From contig JBBPEB010000015.1 in assembly GCA_039096225.1 (NCBI GenBank), forward strand, positions 2,446,787 to 2,510,786: a stretch of DNA of 64,000 nt, given 5' to 3'. The notes under the pieces are model-generated. The model ran no database searches. It was not told where the DNA came from and worked only from the letters and a program-made list of their open reading frames with translations. The first letter of the stretch is position 1; each line of letters starts with the position of its first letter. Below, piece by piece: positions 1 through 14,915 of the stretch. The position numbers and the translations under genes are program-made. The stretch comes from Blastocystis sp. Blastoise. Taxonomy: Eukaryota; Protista; Bigyra: Opalinata.

Positions 1-22
1 TCTTGCTATTTCTCTTTGTTCA

Positions 23-59
<37 letters not shown>

Positions 60-367
60 ATTGTGGTCTACATTTAAAAGAAATGTTATTAAACAATTAT
101 ATATATATAGACTTATTTGAATAATATGTTATATGCTTTCTATATTGAAATAATCATGATTATTTTATCTTTGATTGTTCTTCTCTTTGTCGATACCAAA
201 AAGGCAAAAAGAGAAGTGAAATTATTTGAAGGTATATATGATATATATATACTATAATAGTAAAATTTATTATAATTATATAGCTACTGAAAAAACTATT
301 ACAACTGTCAAATTTGCAAATGAAGTAATTATTTGTTATTCTTATAATAGTTATTATTATATATATA

Positions 368-404
<37 letters not shown>

Positions 405-532
405 CCTATCACATATCCTCATTATTAAAAATTCTATTCTATAATAAATATATTTATATTCTTCTTCTTCCTTAGGTGAAAGAGAAAGTAGATATAGTTA
501 TCGATAAAGTGAAAGGTATGACTACCAATTAA
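1..532 (+). CDS. 3' end of a spliced membrane protein, possibly an Atg22/UMF1-like MFS transporter (5' part outside window)
   Basis: GT-AG exons at ~1-22, 111-231, 284-324 and 476-532 join in frame: LAISLCS-TYLNNMLYAFYIEIIMIILSLIVLLFVDTKKAKREVKLFE...TTN*. The last TM helix followed by VDxxKAK resembles MFS C-termini; family assignment is tentative. Confidence 0.45.
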
Positions 533-916
533 GACGATATTCATGATTATTTCTTGGTTTATAGGTTTTAAACTCATTTAGAAACTTCATATATGTTTTC
601 AGCAGTTATATATAATTATATTTTATTAATAATAAAATAGTATTATACATTTAAGCATTCTTTCCTCTCTTATTTTTGTAAATATTTATTAAAAGATTAT
701 GCTTTCCTATTGTCATATTTCTATGAGCAATTCTATCTTATATTGTTAGTATAGTATTTTGTTTAATTTTTATTCATGATATCCACAAATTGTATTTGTA
801 TATAATATATATACCAGAATAATAGAATAACTCAACAATAATAACAATACTAGTAAATAAAAATGTTAAAAGGGCACAATGTGACACTGGACAATGAATA
901 AAAGAGTATATTAGAA

Positions 917-1969
917 TCAACAAAGAGGTGGATCAAGGATATTTAATTCATTTGATTGAAAAAGATAGGGAAGAAGATACAATCGTATGGGGAATAATAA
1001 TGCAATTCCTAAGGGAAAAAGAAGAAGAAGAAGAGATGAAGACAATTTAAGAACATAAAGAATGAATATTAATATCATTTGAATGACAGTAAAAAGAAAC
1101 AATGATTTTCTAGAGATCTAGAAATGATAAGGAAATGAAAAGTAAGGGTATATATATAATGTTATATACCTGCTTTATAATAGGATGTACCTTATATATA
1201 ATAGGTTCAGCAAATAATAATCTAATTCTCTTCGAAATAGCAGATGTGAAGTATAAATTCATTCCTCTATCTAATAATACTCCATATAAAGCTGCCTCAG
1301 GAATATGATGAAAATCAACCGATAAAATAGTAACTAAGAGAAATAATCCTCCTATAATTAATGTAGATATTCGATTCTCAAATACATGAATAATCGTGAA
1401 AATACTATCTCCATAAACAGGTTCTCTTTCTTCAAATACAGATAATGAGTAATAGATTAAGGATAAATAAAGAATGATATATATATATATATAATAATAA
1501 TAATAAATAAAGTAATGCCATTATATAGAAATAATAATAATAAGGATATTTTTATATGAGAGAGTGTTAGAGGGATTAAAGGCGTTACCCACGGTAAACC
1601 AAACAGACTGAGGATGACAAGAAGAATTCCCATGGAAAATAAGTCCCAGTATTTCACAGAACCTTCTATGAATGTTATTAAATAGTAATATAATCATAGT
1701 AAATAGAAGTAGTATAAATCTATATACTTCCTCTTTTCAATTTATATTGTTTCTTATAAATATTATCTGATGTAAGTTCTTCTTGTGTAATAATAAATAA
1801 CTATATATAAAATGTATAACAAGAATATAAAAATATATAGATACAATATATATTTAAGTAAAAAATAATAATAATAATAAATATACAGCAAAGAGAAACC
1901 CTGGTATAACTGCTACTAGAATAGCCCAGAAAGGAAACTATATTTATGGGAATGTGACTATTTGAAAGG

Positions 1970-2012
<43 letters not shown>

Positions 2013-2069
2013 ACATCCCTCTTCAATACTTCTATTTGTTTCATATGGACATTCTGTAAGGGCAGTAGA

Positions 2070-2129
<60 letters not shown>

Positions 2130-2458
2130 TTGATATATAAATAGGAATATATATGAATCAATACTATTATATATAATAAATTTAAATATAGTGAATGAAT
2201 ATATGTTGATAAAACATAAATGTTGTATATATATATATACCTATCAATCCATATATTATGTAGCATTTGATCTATAAATAGATAATATAATAGATAGAAT
2301 TATATATATATATATATATATATATAGAATAATATATAGATTATATATACAGTTATAAAAGAAAGGATTGATGATCCAACTACGATCTTTATATGATGGG
2401 TACAAATACTATATAAGTATATATATATATATAAAGAATATCTTTAAGAAAAACATGA

Positions 2459-2494
<36 letters not shown>

Positions 2495-5202
2495 TCATGT
2501 TATTACGTACTCCTTCTGTAAGTGTATGGAATGACACAGGGATGTAGTCAATAGAAGGAAAGAAGAAAGAAGTTATACAAGAAGTTATGCCAATAGCAGT
2601 TATTGATGAAAATAGACGACAAAATGTACGAATTCCCCATCTTAAAAATGGTATAGCTTGAATTCTTTTGGAAATATTGATAATAGTGAGTATTCCCGTG
2701 ATTATGGATATAGATAGAAGACAGGAAGAAAAAGAATTTGAACTAAAAGAGAAACACAAAAAATAAAATTGATATTATCATTATACTAATGAATATATAC
2801 TCCTGAGATTGTTTGTAGATTTGAATAATATATTTAAAAGCATTGATAATAAATATAGTACCAGTAAATGATATATAAATATCATTTGAGAAAGAAGTGA
2901 GAGAAGGAAGATAATTAAATCCTATATATATATATATAATGAGGAAGATATATATATTGATATACCGTCAATGAATACAAATAAAAATAGAATTATAGAG
3001 CACCAAAGACCACACCAGAAATAAAAGGGGAAAAAGGGAACAGAGAGAGTTCTAGAAGAAGAAATAAATAGAATATATATAGACATAAATGTTAAAAAAT
3101 ATGAATTTTGATATCCTTATATAATGTAGATATATATATAAAAACATAGATGAACTATACTAGTTTAAACAATGATATAGAATATGTATATAAAGTTATA
3201 TATACACAGTCATAGAATAAATAGCTCCAATAAAAAGTGCTACAAGTCCAGATGTACCTAAGAGAATGATTGGCTGTCCACCGCAGATTGACCAATAAAT
3301 GAAGGCTATAGATGTACTAAGAAACATTTCTATATAGGAGATATGTTCTTGCGTTCCCGACATAAGGACCATTCCCGTGATTATTGTAGGTATAATATCA
3401 CCAAAGAATGTACCTATTCTATAGAATAGATATAGAAATTGATGAATAAATATATTTAAAACAAATTAAGAGTCCTACATAAAATTATTTGTTATATATT
3501 TTATATAACAATAAATATAATAGTGTCATACATATTGCAATATATTATTAATATAATAATATATATATAATAATGTCATACATATTGAAATATATTATTA
3601 ATATAATAATATATATATAATAATGTCATATATATTGCAATATATTATTAATATAATAATATATATATAATGATATCAGTATTTAACAAATTTTTAATAT
3701 AAATAATATAAATAATATAAAATAAGATCACATATATCACAATATATATTTAATATGATAATATATATACATGTCATAGAGTATTTGAATGTGTCGTATG
3801 TCCTTGAAGTCCTGAATATATTCCTGTTTCCCTCGTTGCCACCAGTTATGGAGAAGACCGCGAGAAACAGAAGGAGAACCAATAGAAGTAGCTATCTGTG
3901 TAATGATAATATTTTGTTGAAGATGAGATAATTGATTCAAAAGTTTAGTACATACAATCTTAGAATCATTTTCTGAATATCTATATAGAATCATATAAAT
4001 AAATGAAATATAGATATCATTATATATATATACAATTCAATATAGAGAGAATCAGTAGCAAATATAGATACAATTGTATCATATATAGGAATATATGAAG
4101 AAGAAGATAAAGAAGGAGATAGAAAAAGAATCATATATCTATAGAATTACTATATATACTTATATAATGATACATAATACTTATATTGTTTTGTAATGTT
4201 ATCATCAAAAAGTGTTGAAGAATTATATAATACAAAGATTAAATGACATTCTTTTATATTAATACTACTAAACTAAAGAGAAAACAAACATTAATAATAT
4301 AAATACCATATATATATACATATATGCATAAGAATCCATGAGAACAGAGTTTCTGTTGAATACAGTCTTCCTAAAAACAAATTACTATTAAATAATGAAT
4401 ATAAAAATATACAATCATTATTTGAGAAGATTGAGCTTCGAAAGAAAGAAAAGAATTAGCATAAAAGGATACTACATCGATATCTGTATTCCACTTCATA
4501 TCTTGATTTGCATATATTGTCGCATTTTCAATTAACTTTTTCAGTTTTGAATCCATATCATCTTGAGAATCCACTAGCTACAATTTAAATAATTAAAAAA
4601 AAATATAATAAACTAAAAAAAACCTTTAATTGTTCATCGTCAGAGAGAATTGGTGTTGTATTTAATATTGAAGACGCTATAGAATCAATTGACTTTATTT
4701 GGAATGATGTTACAGTCCTTGAGGACAAGTTAGATTTATAATTGTTTTCTTGATCAAATTTTATGTTTGATTTCTTGTTGGTAGATTGTTCTCTATATTA
4801 ATTATATTCGAATAAAAATAAATTTCATTCAAAATAAAAGAATAAAAAAATACAATCGTTCTACTAGAGGAGACTTTATAAAATCGAAATCATCTGAGCT
4901 TGTACCACTATGTTCTCTTTCAATTGGAGTATTCAAAGAAAGAAAAACATTATTTTGATCAGATTGTGAAGAAAGATGAATTGTCAAATCGTTTGAATTT
5001 CGTGATTTTCTTTTATGTCTGACGAAATAAGAATGAAATGGCCCTAAAATAATATTTAAAATGATTTTTACAAATAATATATGCAACTAAGAGAATAGAA
5101 AAAGAAATACAATGTAATTTTCGTTTTGATTTTTCTTTTTTGACTTTTTTTGAAGCTAAGTATTCATTTAAAGTGTTTTTTTTTTGAGAATATACATTGC
5201 AT
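917..5202 (-). CDS. SLC4/BOR1-family bicarbonate/borate anion transporter, multi-exon
   Basis: Spliced exons give GLLHNWWQRGKQEYIQDF, WSICGGQPIILLGTSG, LFGLPWVTPLIPLTLSHIK-SLSV, VFENRIS and LFPIRLYLLPYLFQSNELNILD, matching the HCO3_cotransp core. Start ATG inferred at 5202 (MQ-SSKKVKKE, across a 38-nt intron). Confidence 0.85.
1449..1549 (-). other. U12-type (minor spliceosome) AT-AC intron in the SLC4/BOR gene
   Basis: 5' end ATATCCTTA; branch-like TCCTTAAT close to the 3' AC. Removal joins HIK|SLSVFEE in phase 0, and the intron contains no GT donor. Confidence 0.9.
3521..3670. repeat. Intronic 50-bp tandem repeat, 3 copies
   Basis: Unit taatgtcatacatattgcaatatattattaatataataatatatatataa at 3521, 3571 and 3621, with one substitution per copy relative to this consensus. 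Confidence 0.9.
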
Positions 5203-5628
5203 CTATGTTTTTGTATACAACCGGAATAATTTATATGGTTTACAAGCTTCTTTTATGATGTGATTGAAGAGCGAAGCAAATAATTTTTTATAATAATTTA
5301 TATATCCTGATTATACTGTTGAAAGAAATACAATACATGAAAATTCAAAGTGAATCCTTAAACAATACAATGCCGTGTTGTTGGAAATTATGAGTATTTT
5401 CTTCTTTTTCTACGATAATATGAAAATGGGGTTATTAATAATTAATAGACAAAGTATTATTAACAAAACACATACATAATGAAGCCAGAATGTAAATGAC
5501 GATAAACACAGCTGTAAAAAGAAAAGGAAATATGAAAAAGAGAAAAATAATGTGCAAGACTATTAAAGAAGCTCAAAAACTAAATAGTAAAGAAAACAGA
5601 AAAGTCAAAAAAGAAGAAGAAAAAATCA

Positions 5629-6491
5629 TTAATTCAACGACCGTTTTGAAATCAATACTTTTGTTCTCATTTTAGACCATAGAGAACGAGTAGATCTAGT
5701 TTTAACACGTCCATGTAAATAAATACAATCCTAAAATAAAATATGATAAAAAAAGAGGAATTAAATTGATAATAAATAAAAAACATGTTAGTTTCAATAA
5801 ATACAAATATATACAGATTCAAGAAGAATTGATTGTACTGATGGTACTGCAATATCAATGCATTCTTGACATTTCCTATAAAAAAAAGAGTGATTAATTA
5901 TAGATATATATAGATAATAATAAAATACATTTCTTCTTGAGATAATGGGACTGTCAAATCCATTTGTCGAATACTAAATAAGAATTAAAAATAGTAATAA
6001 GATAAATGAACGAATAAAATTAAGAAAATACATACATTTCACCAATACTTCCAACACTACTATATTGTTTCATCACAATAGATTCAACTAATGTACAATC
6101 TGGAGTCATAGTTCTAAAAAAATAAACAATAAAGGATTTAATGAAAAGGAATATACCTTATTCTCTGTTCATTTGAATAATATTGTGGTGTTACATCACT
6201 CTCAAGATGTTCAAAATCTTGTATGATCTCTGTTTTTGTAGAATCAAAACTTGTTGCAGAATTACTTCTTTCTCTAGATTGGCCAAACGTTAGAGTATCT
6301 ATGACATTTGTAAATGATTCATCATGAACATTATTATCAGGTTCTTTCACAGCAAAGTGTGTTTCGACATCTTCAGAATTAGATCGAACTGGTTTTGTCG
6401 AGGAAAGTGACTCCATTCTTTCTGCTGGATGCATTTGATATATCTCACGATCATATTTAGTAAATGGATCAATAGTATCTTGTCGCTTCAT
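5629..6491 (-). CDS. Hypothetical protein, 5 exons, ~210-220 aa
   Basis: MKRQDTIDPF...NEQRI continues through four GT-AG introns in frame to ...WSKMRTKVLISKRSLN*. No recognisable domain. Confidence 0.7.
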
Positions 6492-7107
6492 AGTAACAAG
6501 AAATATAGAAAAAATGTGCCAAAAGTATCATTTTTATAAAGACTTAACCCGCTTTTTTTCCCACAAGTTTTCTTTTTTCCACCAAAAAATAATTAAGATC
6601 AATTCAGTTTATTCTGAAATATTCTTTTTATTTTAAAGAAAATATATATTTTTTTTGTTAAATTGGTAGATGGGTTTATTCTTTGGGGTTTATGTCTTAT
6701 GTTTTATGAATATCATTTAAAGATAAGTTTCTATGATTTATTTATAGTAGACAACGATATGTTTTTGTTGTATACCGCCATTTTTCTAGAACTGTATTGA
6801 ATCTATTGGATTCTTAATGAAAAGTATGCTTTGACTATAACTTGCACTTTAATGATAGAAATAAGTCTTAGAGAAATGAAATGAAACAATGGACCAAACA
6901 AGATCAACAAACTCGAAAGATAAACAACAATATAAACCATTATAATAACATAGAGATTAAAACAAATAGGAATAGAGAGGTTATTTTATAGAGAAACAAT
7001 AGTAGACAAAAAAAAAATGTTTTTTCACAAAAGCAAACCATTAATAATGGAAAATAACAATAAAGTAAAGCAGAGAAACAAATGTGATTAATAATTGAAT
7101 GATATAA

Positions 7108-9193
7108 TTATACACTGGGTTCGTCTTTGACAATTATTTTACAAATTGATGCATCATTAGAGGCAATAAGTTGAATGGGATTTTCAGGTTGTTCTGATGA
7201 CGATTTCTTTGTAACATCTTCAATTATAGGATCTTCATCTTCTTTTTTCTCAACATCTATTTCAATTGAATGTAATTTATCGCTGTTATCCATATTAGCA
7301 TCAGTATCCTTTCGAACATCTGCTTGTTTTCCTCCAGGAATAAAACGGAGTATAAACATAGAAATAAATCCAATAAAACCGAATATGGCTCCAGTCAGTA
7401 TAGACATCACTGGTGATTTTTCATAGACTATACCCATTACAGGTGGAGATATAACCATAGCTGCCTGACCTACTAATATACCTACAGAAAGAGCTTTTCC
7501 TTGTACTTCAGGGGGTGATTGAGCCTGTTAAAGATATATAGAAAATAATATATATGTATGTATTTTGTAATATATACAAATAATTATTATTTTATGACTA
7601 ATAATTATAAATGTTATAATAATAATAATAATAATAATAATATATACAGAGAGAACAGAAGGAGTGACTGTAGTTAAGAAGCAATAACCAAGATACATGA
7701 TATTACATGAAATGTAACTAAACCACACTTGCTTCATATAGGCCATAAGAATAAAACCAATACCTGTATATATATAATATTATATAATAATAATAGCATA
7801 TTAATATATATATCATATATACAGACTAGAATTCCACTCCAATAGGATATAGTAGCTATAGAAGAATGAATATAGGTCAAAATAATAATAGTTATTATAA
7901 TTAAAACATACCAATAGGAATATGTAGTTTATCATGAAATATCGGGAACAGAACTAATTGACCAAAACAAGACACAATCCCTGTGGAACATAAAATCAAA
8001 CTATATATAAATAAATATTAATAATAATAATAAATACTATATATAATAAATAAATAAATAAAAAATTAATAAATAAAAAAAAATAAATAATAAAAAAAAT
8101 ATAAAAATACCTGAAATCAAGGGTAGAGGCACCTAATTGTTGTTTTATATACATACCATACATGGACTCAATAATAATAGTACTCGATTCATTTGTAAAC
8201 TTTGCTATTAATGATAATATCTATATATATATATTAAAGATAAGATTTCTTATGATATTCATAATACTATTATAATTATATACCATTATAAAATTCCAAT
8301 GAATCTTTATGGTTGGCTTATTCTTTGATTTTTGTAAAGCTAAAGTCTTCTCTTCATCAATAGCCTTCAGACGATGATTTAAGAAATCCATTCTTTGAGC
8401 TTCATTAGTATCAAAAGCAGTTTTTCTTTTCAATTTCTTAAGTTCATTCTTAATAGCATCTTTTTCTTTAAGACTAGCAAGAGATTCTTCTAAATGTGTA
8501 AATACAAAAATAAGGACAATAAAAGCTAAACCACCAGCAAATAAACTATAGAAATAAAATAATTATTTTATTCTTTATTATAGAAAAAAAAAAAACATAC
8601 AATGGTGTTTCTAGAGAAATTTCAGCAAGTAAACCACCAATAGCAGGACCAAAGGCAAATGCAAATGAAATAACACCACCAAGTTGAGCCATATATTTAG
8701 GTCTATCTTCAGGTTTACATGTATCGGTAATAACAGCTTGACCTAAGGTGATACTACCAGCAAAAAGACCAGTAGCTGCTCTGAAAAGAATGAAAATCCA
8801 TATGTGCCATGAAAAAGCTTGTAATATTGGTCCTAGAAAGTAATAAAAAAATAATAATAATTTATATTATTATAAATATTTAAAAAACAAACTTACCAAG
8901 GAAAGAACCCAATAAAGAAAGGATGATGAACAATTTACGACCATATTTATCACTTAAAGAACCCATCACATAAGCACCTAGATAAAAAAAAGTGTTCAAT
9001 ACAAGGATTAGACTATTCATAACATACTAATGGCTTGAGTGAATGCATAGCTAGCGACAAGAATACCCATTTCAACAGAGGTTCCATTAAGTCTTTCCAC
9101 ATAATCAGGTAAAATAGGTAAAACAAATGAATAGCCTAGTTGATCAATAAAAACGGTTAAATAAACAAGTATCAAAGTAATATTTTGTTTCAT
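7108..9193 (-). CDS. MFS transporter, DHA1/TetA (MFSD14-like) family
   Basis: MKQNITLILVYLTVFIDQLGYSFVLPILP; MFS motif A GSLSDKYGRK; RAATGLFAG; AVITDTCKPEDRPKYM; motif C-like AFGPAIGGLL. All introns are GT-AG and in phase. Confidence 0.9.
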
Positions 9194-9264
9194 AATTGAT
9201 ATTATTGATAATCGAAAAAAGAAATGAAATGTAATTAATAGGATTGAAGAAAAAATCGAATGAA

Positions 9265-9395
9265 ATCATGGCCAACGGTTCCAACATCCAATGAGATTGG
9301 TCAAAAAGGGAAGCTACTGGACATCTTTTCATTTTCAGAATGAACGAGATTTCTATCCAATTAATGAAGTGTCCTGAATTCGTTCACCAATCATA
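9265..9395 (-). promoter_or_regulatory. Putative promoter of the MFS gene with clustered CCAAT/ATTGG motifs
   Basis: CCAAT or ATTGG at ~9288, ~9296, ~9357 and ~9387, about 100-200 bp upstream of the inferred ATG. Function is inferred. Confidence 0.3.
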
Positions 9396-9905
9396 TCGGA
9401 AACTCAAAAACTGACATGATTTTTATGATCACAAAAAATATTATTCGATTGATGACACATCTCATTACAATTAAATGTTGTGTTTAGAATTCTTTATAAA
9501 ATAATTCTTTCAATTAATCTTATGCAATTCTTATTTAATTCGTATATATATTATATGATACATATGCCTTTTGCTATATACATCTATATGTAATCTTTAT
9601 GTTTAGAATAGTGTATATTTTATTCATTCAGTCATCTTTCAAGTTAAGTTATTCGTTTATTTTTATCTTTTTTAAAATTCTTATTTCATTTATGAACTAT
9701 TCTATGCTAAATAAAACAATGGATTCATACATAGAGTGTAAACAAAACTAAATTCTTTTTTTTATGTAAGAAAAACTAGCAAATTCACTTTTGTATGTTT
9801 AGAATTTAAAAATTAAAGTAAGAACATCATAAATGAGTTAAAAAAAAGAATGAATTAAATTTGTTTAGTAAAACTACGTTTTGTTTAATGTATATATTAT
9901 AGTAT

Positions 9906-12900
9906 TTAGTTAGTATCATGACTTATTTCTTCATTTGTCTTGTGAATATATCCTTTAACCATAGTATAAAGATTAGGATCATTAGCAGCTACTACCATAC
10001 CACTGAATATACTATTAGGATTATTTAATAGATTAAGAGGAGTATCAAATTCAGCGACTATACCTTGATCCATGACACATACTCTGTCACTATCCATAAT
10101 AGTATTCAAACGATGAGCAATAGTTAATACAGTACAATTAATAAATTGTTTACGAATCATAGTTTGTAAGAATCCATCAGTTTCATTATCTAAAGAAGCA
10201 GTAGCTTCATCCATAATTAATACTTTAGGTCTCTTTAATAAAGCTCTAGCCATACATATAAGTTGACGTTGACCAACAGAGAAATTACTACCTCCTTCAT
10301 GAACATCACCATCTAATTTACCAGGTAAAGCATCAATAGCTTCTTTTAATTCGACTTCTTCTAATACTCTCCAAATCTCTTCATCACTAGATTCATTAAA
10401 AGGATCTAAATTAAAACGAACAGAAGCACTAAATAAAACAGGATCTTGAGGAATAATACATAAATGACGACGAACATCTTCTAAACCAATATCTTCTAAT
10501 TTTATATTATCCATATATATAGCACCTCCACAACATTCACTTATTCTAAATAAACCTACCATAAGACTACTTTTACCTGCACCTGTTCTACCTACAACAC
10601 CTACTTTCTCCATAGGATGAATATCCATATTCACACCTTTTAATACTTTAGGACCATTTCTATATCTCATTTCAAAGTTATCAAATTTAATAGCACCTTC
10701 AGTAGGCCAATCTTCAGGAGGTCTGTGGTCCTCAATAATCATAGGAGGTTCAGGTTCTACTGTATCTATATAAAACTTAACTCTTTCCACATTATTCATT
10801 TGAGCTTCTAATTGTGCAAGCATACGTGTACATTGTTTGAGGAACATAGACATATTTGAACTACTATTAAGAGCAACACCTAACAAACTAGCACTAATAA
10901 AACCTCTTAATCCATTACTAAGAATAGCAATAATACAAGACATTCCAGCAGCTAAAATATCTGTCCTCATAGTTAACCAGCATCCACAGTAATTAAATAA
11001 TAATAAGTTATGGTTATTGATAGTAAGACGATTCTCCATATGCTGAATAAAACGTTCTTGATATCCATAAGCACGAATAGTAGGAGCACCAGTAAGAACA
11101 GCTTGGAAATCTTCGAAGATAGGAGAACGAGATACAGATTCTAGACGTTGAATATCTGTGTTTGTACGACGGAAATAAGATTGTACGAAATAGAATATAA
11201 GAACAACAATAAAAATAACAGGAATCATGATACCCTTTGTAGTAATAGATATTTGAATGATATCACCAACTACTGTTAAGAACATACTAACTACTTGATT
11301 GAAATTCTGAGGTAATGTATTATCTACACCATCCTGTATATAGGGTCTATTAGTATATATATATAATGATTCTATTATAAATCTTATTATAAATAGTATC
11401 ATTCAATTGAATATATAGATATTTAAATTATATGTGTGAGGAGTTTTTTAATATTATTTTAAATACTAAAATTAAATAAATAAAAATAAAAAAAAAAAAA
11501 ATACAAAATATAAATAAAAAAAAAAAGAATATAAATAATAAGCTTACCATATCTTTATTAAAACGATTTAAGATTCTTCCTACAGGAGTAATATCATGGA
11601 AGGCAATAGGAGCAGCCATGATTTTTGAGCTCAATTCTTTGTGTATATGTCTACTAGCACTAATACGAGCAGGTACATTTAATAAGGCATTTAATATAAG
11701 GAAAATAGATAATCCAATAATTAAATAACTATACCAAGATAAATAAGTATCACTAATAGCTAAACATTCAGGAGTTAAAATATCTGTTTCATTCGCAGTT
11801 TGGGCTTTACATTCTCTATATATAGTATCATTATTATATATATGACTAAATATTATTTTCTTTATCAAATAACGTTATAGAAGTATAGAAAGAGAAATTA
11901 AAATGAATAAAAAAATAATTAATAAATAGAGCAATACAATTATCAATAGAATAGAAAACATACGGTGTTTCAGACCATGCAGAAAGAAGAAATTGAGTCA
12001 AAATATTAACAGTTTCACGAAGAATAAATAATACTAACATCAGTATAACTAATACAAGACCACAAGATCTATAGATATAATTATTAATTAAATATATATA
12101 AAAGATAATGAAGTAAAGAAAGAGTGTTTAAAAAGCTAAAAAAAAAAAAAAATTAAAAAAATTAAATAAAAAAATTATTTAAAAATAAAAACATAATATT
12201 GATTATACTTGAAATAGAATGTATATGCACTTAAAGGAATACGTCCAGCATGTTTTTCTTCTTCTTCCACAAGTTGACCTTCATCTGATTCTTTCTTTTC
12301 TTTCTTCGCTTCTGTATGATCACGTCTACTTGTTTTTCCTGTATCAATACTACTTCTACCTACTTCTTGTTCTTGTAATATCTTCATAAATTCACTATCT
12401 TTCTGTTTTACTTCTTCATAAGTACCTTGAGCTTCTATAGTATTATCATTAATAACGATCACATAATCACATTTAGGTAAATATTGAAGAGCATTGGTAA
12501 CAAGAATACGAGTTTTTCCATTTAATTCGGTTTTAATACATTTATTAAATAAATATTTACCAACATGAGCATCAACAGCAGCAATAGGATCATCCATAAT
12601 AACTATATCTGTATCACTATATACACAACGAGCTAAACCAATTCTAGCTTTTTGACCACCAGAAAGATTAATACCACGATCTCCAATTTCACACATTTCA
12701 CCACCTTTTAATACCTTTAAATCATCTTCCATACAACATACATGTAAAGCACGTTTATATCTTTCTTCTTCGAATTCTTTACCAAATAATACATTACCTC
12801 GAACAGTATCATTGACCATCCAAGCTTGTTGAGAAGCAAATGAAACAGAACCATTAACAATACAACAACCACTATTCTTTGTCATTTCACCAATAAGAGC

Positions 12901-13632
12901 AGAAACAAAAGAAGTCTTACCACTTCCCACTCTACCTACTACTGCTACTAATGAACCTTTTTTAATCTATAATAATATATATTTTGAATATAGCTGATAA
13001 AGATTAAAAAAAACAAAAAGTTATTAAACAAGTCAAATGAATATTTAATTAATACTATATTAGAAAACTTATATATTGAAAGAGATAGAAACAATAAGTA
13101 TTTTATAAATATTAATTAAATAAATAAATAAATGTATTTAAAGAAATAGAAACAATGACTAGAGTATATATAATATTAATAAGATATAATAATTAGTGAT
13201 ACCTTTATATTAATATCTTTCAATACATTTGTACCGTCACCCCAGGCAAAGGATCCGTCTTGTATGACGATAGGTGTGTCATCAACGTTATAGTCTGTTA
13301 GAGTCTGTTTATCACCGTTATGATCAGTATATTCGATGGGTTTCGATCCTTCTCCGCTACTTATATTTCTATATACTAAGGAACTATCTACTTCATCTAA
13401 GGATAAGAAATGATTGATACGTTTTAAAGACACTCTGAATTGAATATACATCATAATACACATGGGAAGCATCATAAAAGGCATACGTAAAATACCAAGA
13501 AGAGAGAGAGTGGTGAAAATAACAGAAGGAGTAAGAGGCTTCTGCTCTACAGAAGGATATATAGAGAAGATAATAAATGGAATTGCATAGGGAACTAACT
13601 ATATATATAAATAAATAAATAAATAAATAAAA

Positions 13633-13687
<55 letters not shown>

Positions 13688-14088
13688 AAATAAATATACA
13701 TTCATAAGGATCATAAAAGCACAAGCCATAATCCATGATTGCTTTTCAATTTGTTTTATTTCTTTTTCTCGAATTTCATCAATCTATTTTATATATAGAA
13801 AATAAGAAAAAACTATATACTAAATATAATAATAAAGAATAAATACTTTTCCTAAGAATGGTCTTTCCCAGCAATAATACTTAATTACACGAATACCTAT
13901 ATATATAATGATTATATATTATATTTAAGTATACTTTGAATAATCATATTAACTTTTTAATAAATATATATACCAATTAAAACTTCATTTAATAATTTAA
14001 CTCTTGAATCCGTAAATTTCATATTTTTATCACGAATTTTACGAACAATACCACCACAAGTACCTTTAATAATATAATAATAATAATA

Positions 14089-14156
<68 letters not shown>

Positions 14157-14203
14157 TAATAATAATATAATAAAATAATATAATATAGTAATAATAATAT
14201 AAT

Positions 14204-14242
<39 letters not shown>

Positions 14243-14830
14243 TAATATAATATACTATAATAATAATAATAATATACCTTGTATAACAAGCATTACAAAT
14301 AAAATGCCAATTGCAATCCATGTAAGTTGTCCGATTTGAGTAATCATTAATAATATGCATATAATAATCATAAAAGGAGCAGAAATCAGAACTAGTATGA
14401 ATACCGTAAACATTTGTAAAATATTTGTATCCGAACTCATAATATTAACAAGTTGACCCGTAGAAGTAGTTCCTTTAGCTGTAGAGGTGAGACGAAGTGC
14501 TTTTCTATATATAGCTTCTTGAGCCATCGATTTCATTTGAACACCAATTTTAGAAAGAGTCATAGAACCGTAGTTATGAAGGAATGCACCGATAGATGGT
14601 GCAACAAATAATAAAGCAGCATAACACCACTTTAAATACTCAGGTAAATAAATAAATAAATAAATAAATAAAAATAAATAAATAAAAATAAATAAATAAA
14701 TATAAATAAATAAATAAATAAAATATAAATAAATAAATAAAATATAAATAAATAAATAAATAAATAAATAAAATATAAATAAAATATAAATAAAATATAA
14801 ATAAAATATAAATAAAATATAAATAAAATA

Positions 14831-14861
<31 letters not shown>

Positions 14862-14870
14862 ATACTCAGC

Positions 14871-14915
<45 letters not shown>

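Noticed and set aside
4460-4475. GTATCCTTT (perfect U12 GT donor) on the minus strand in the SLC4 gene
   Set aside because: Lies within an open exon (DVVSFYAN) and has no CCTTAAY branch site before the next acceptor.
9144-9332. 62-aa ORF overlapping the MFS start
   Set aside because: Different frame from the MFS gene, no recognisable domain, and overlaps CCAAT-rich promoter-like sequence. A uORF role cannot be excluded.
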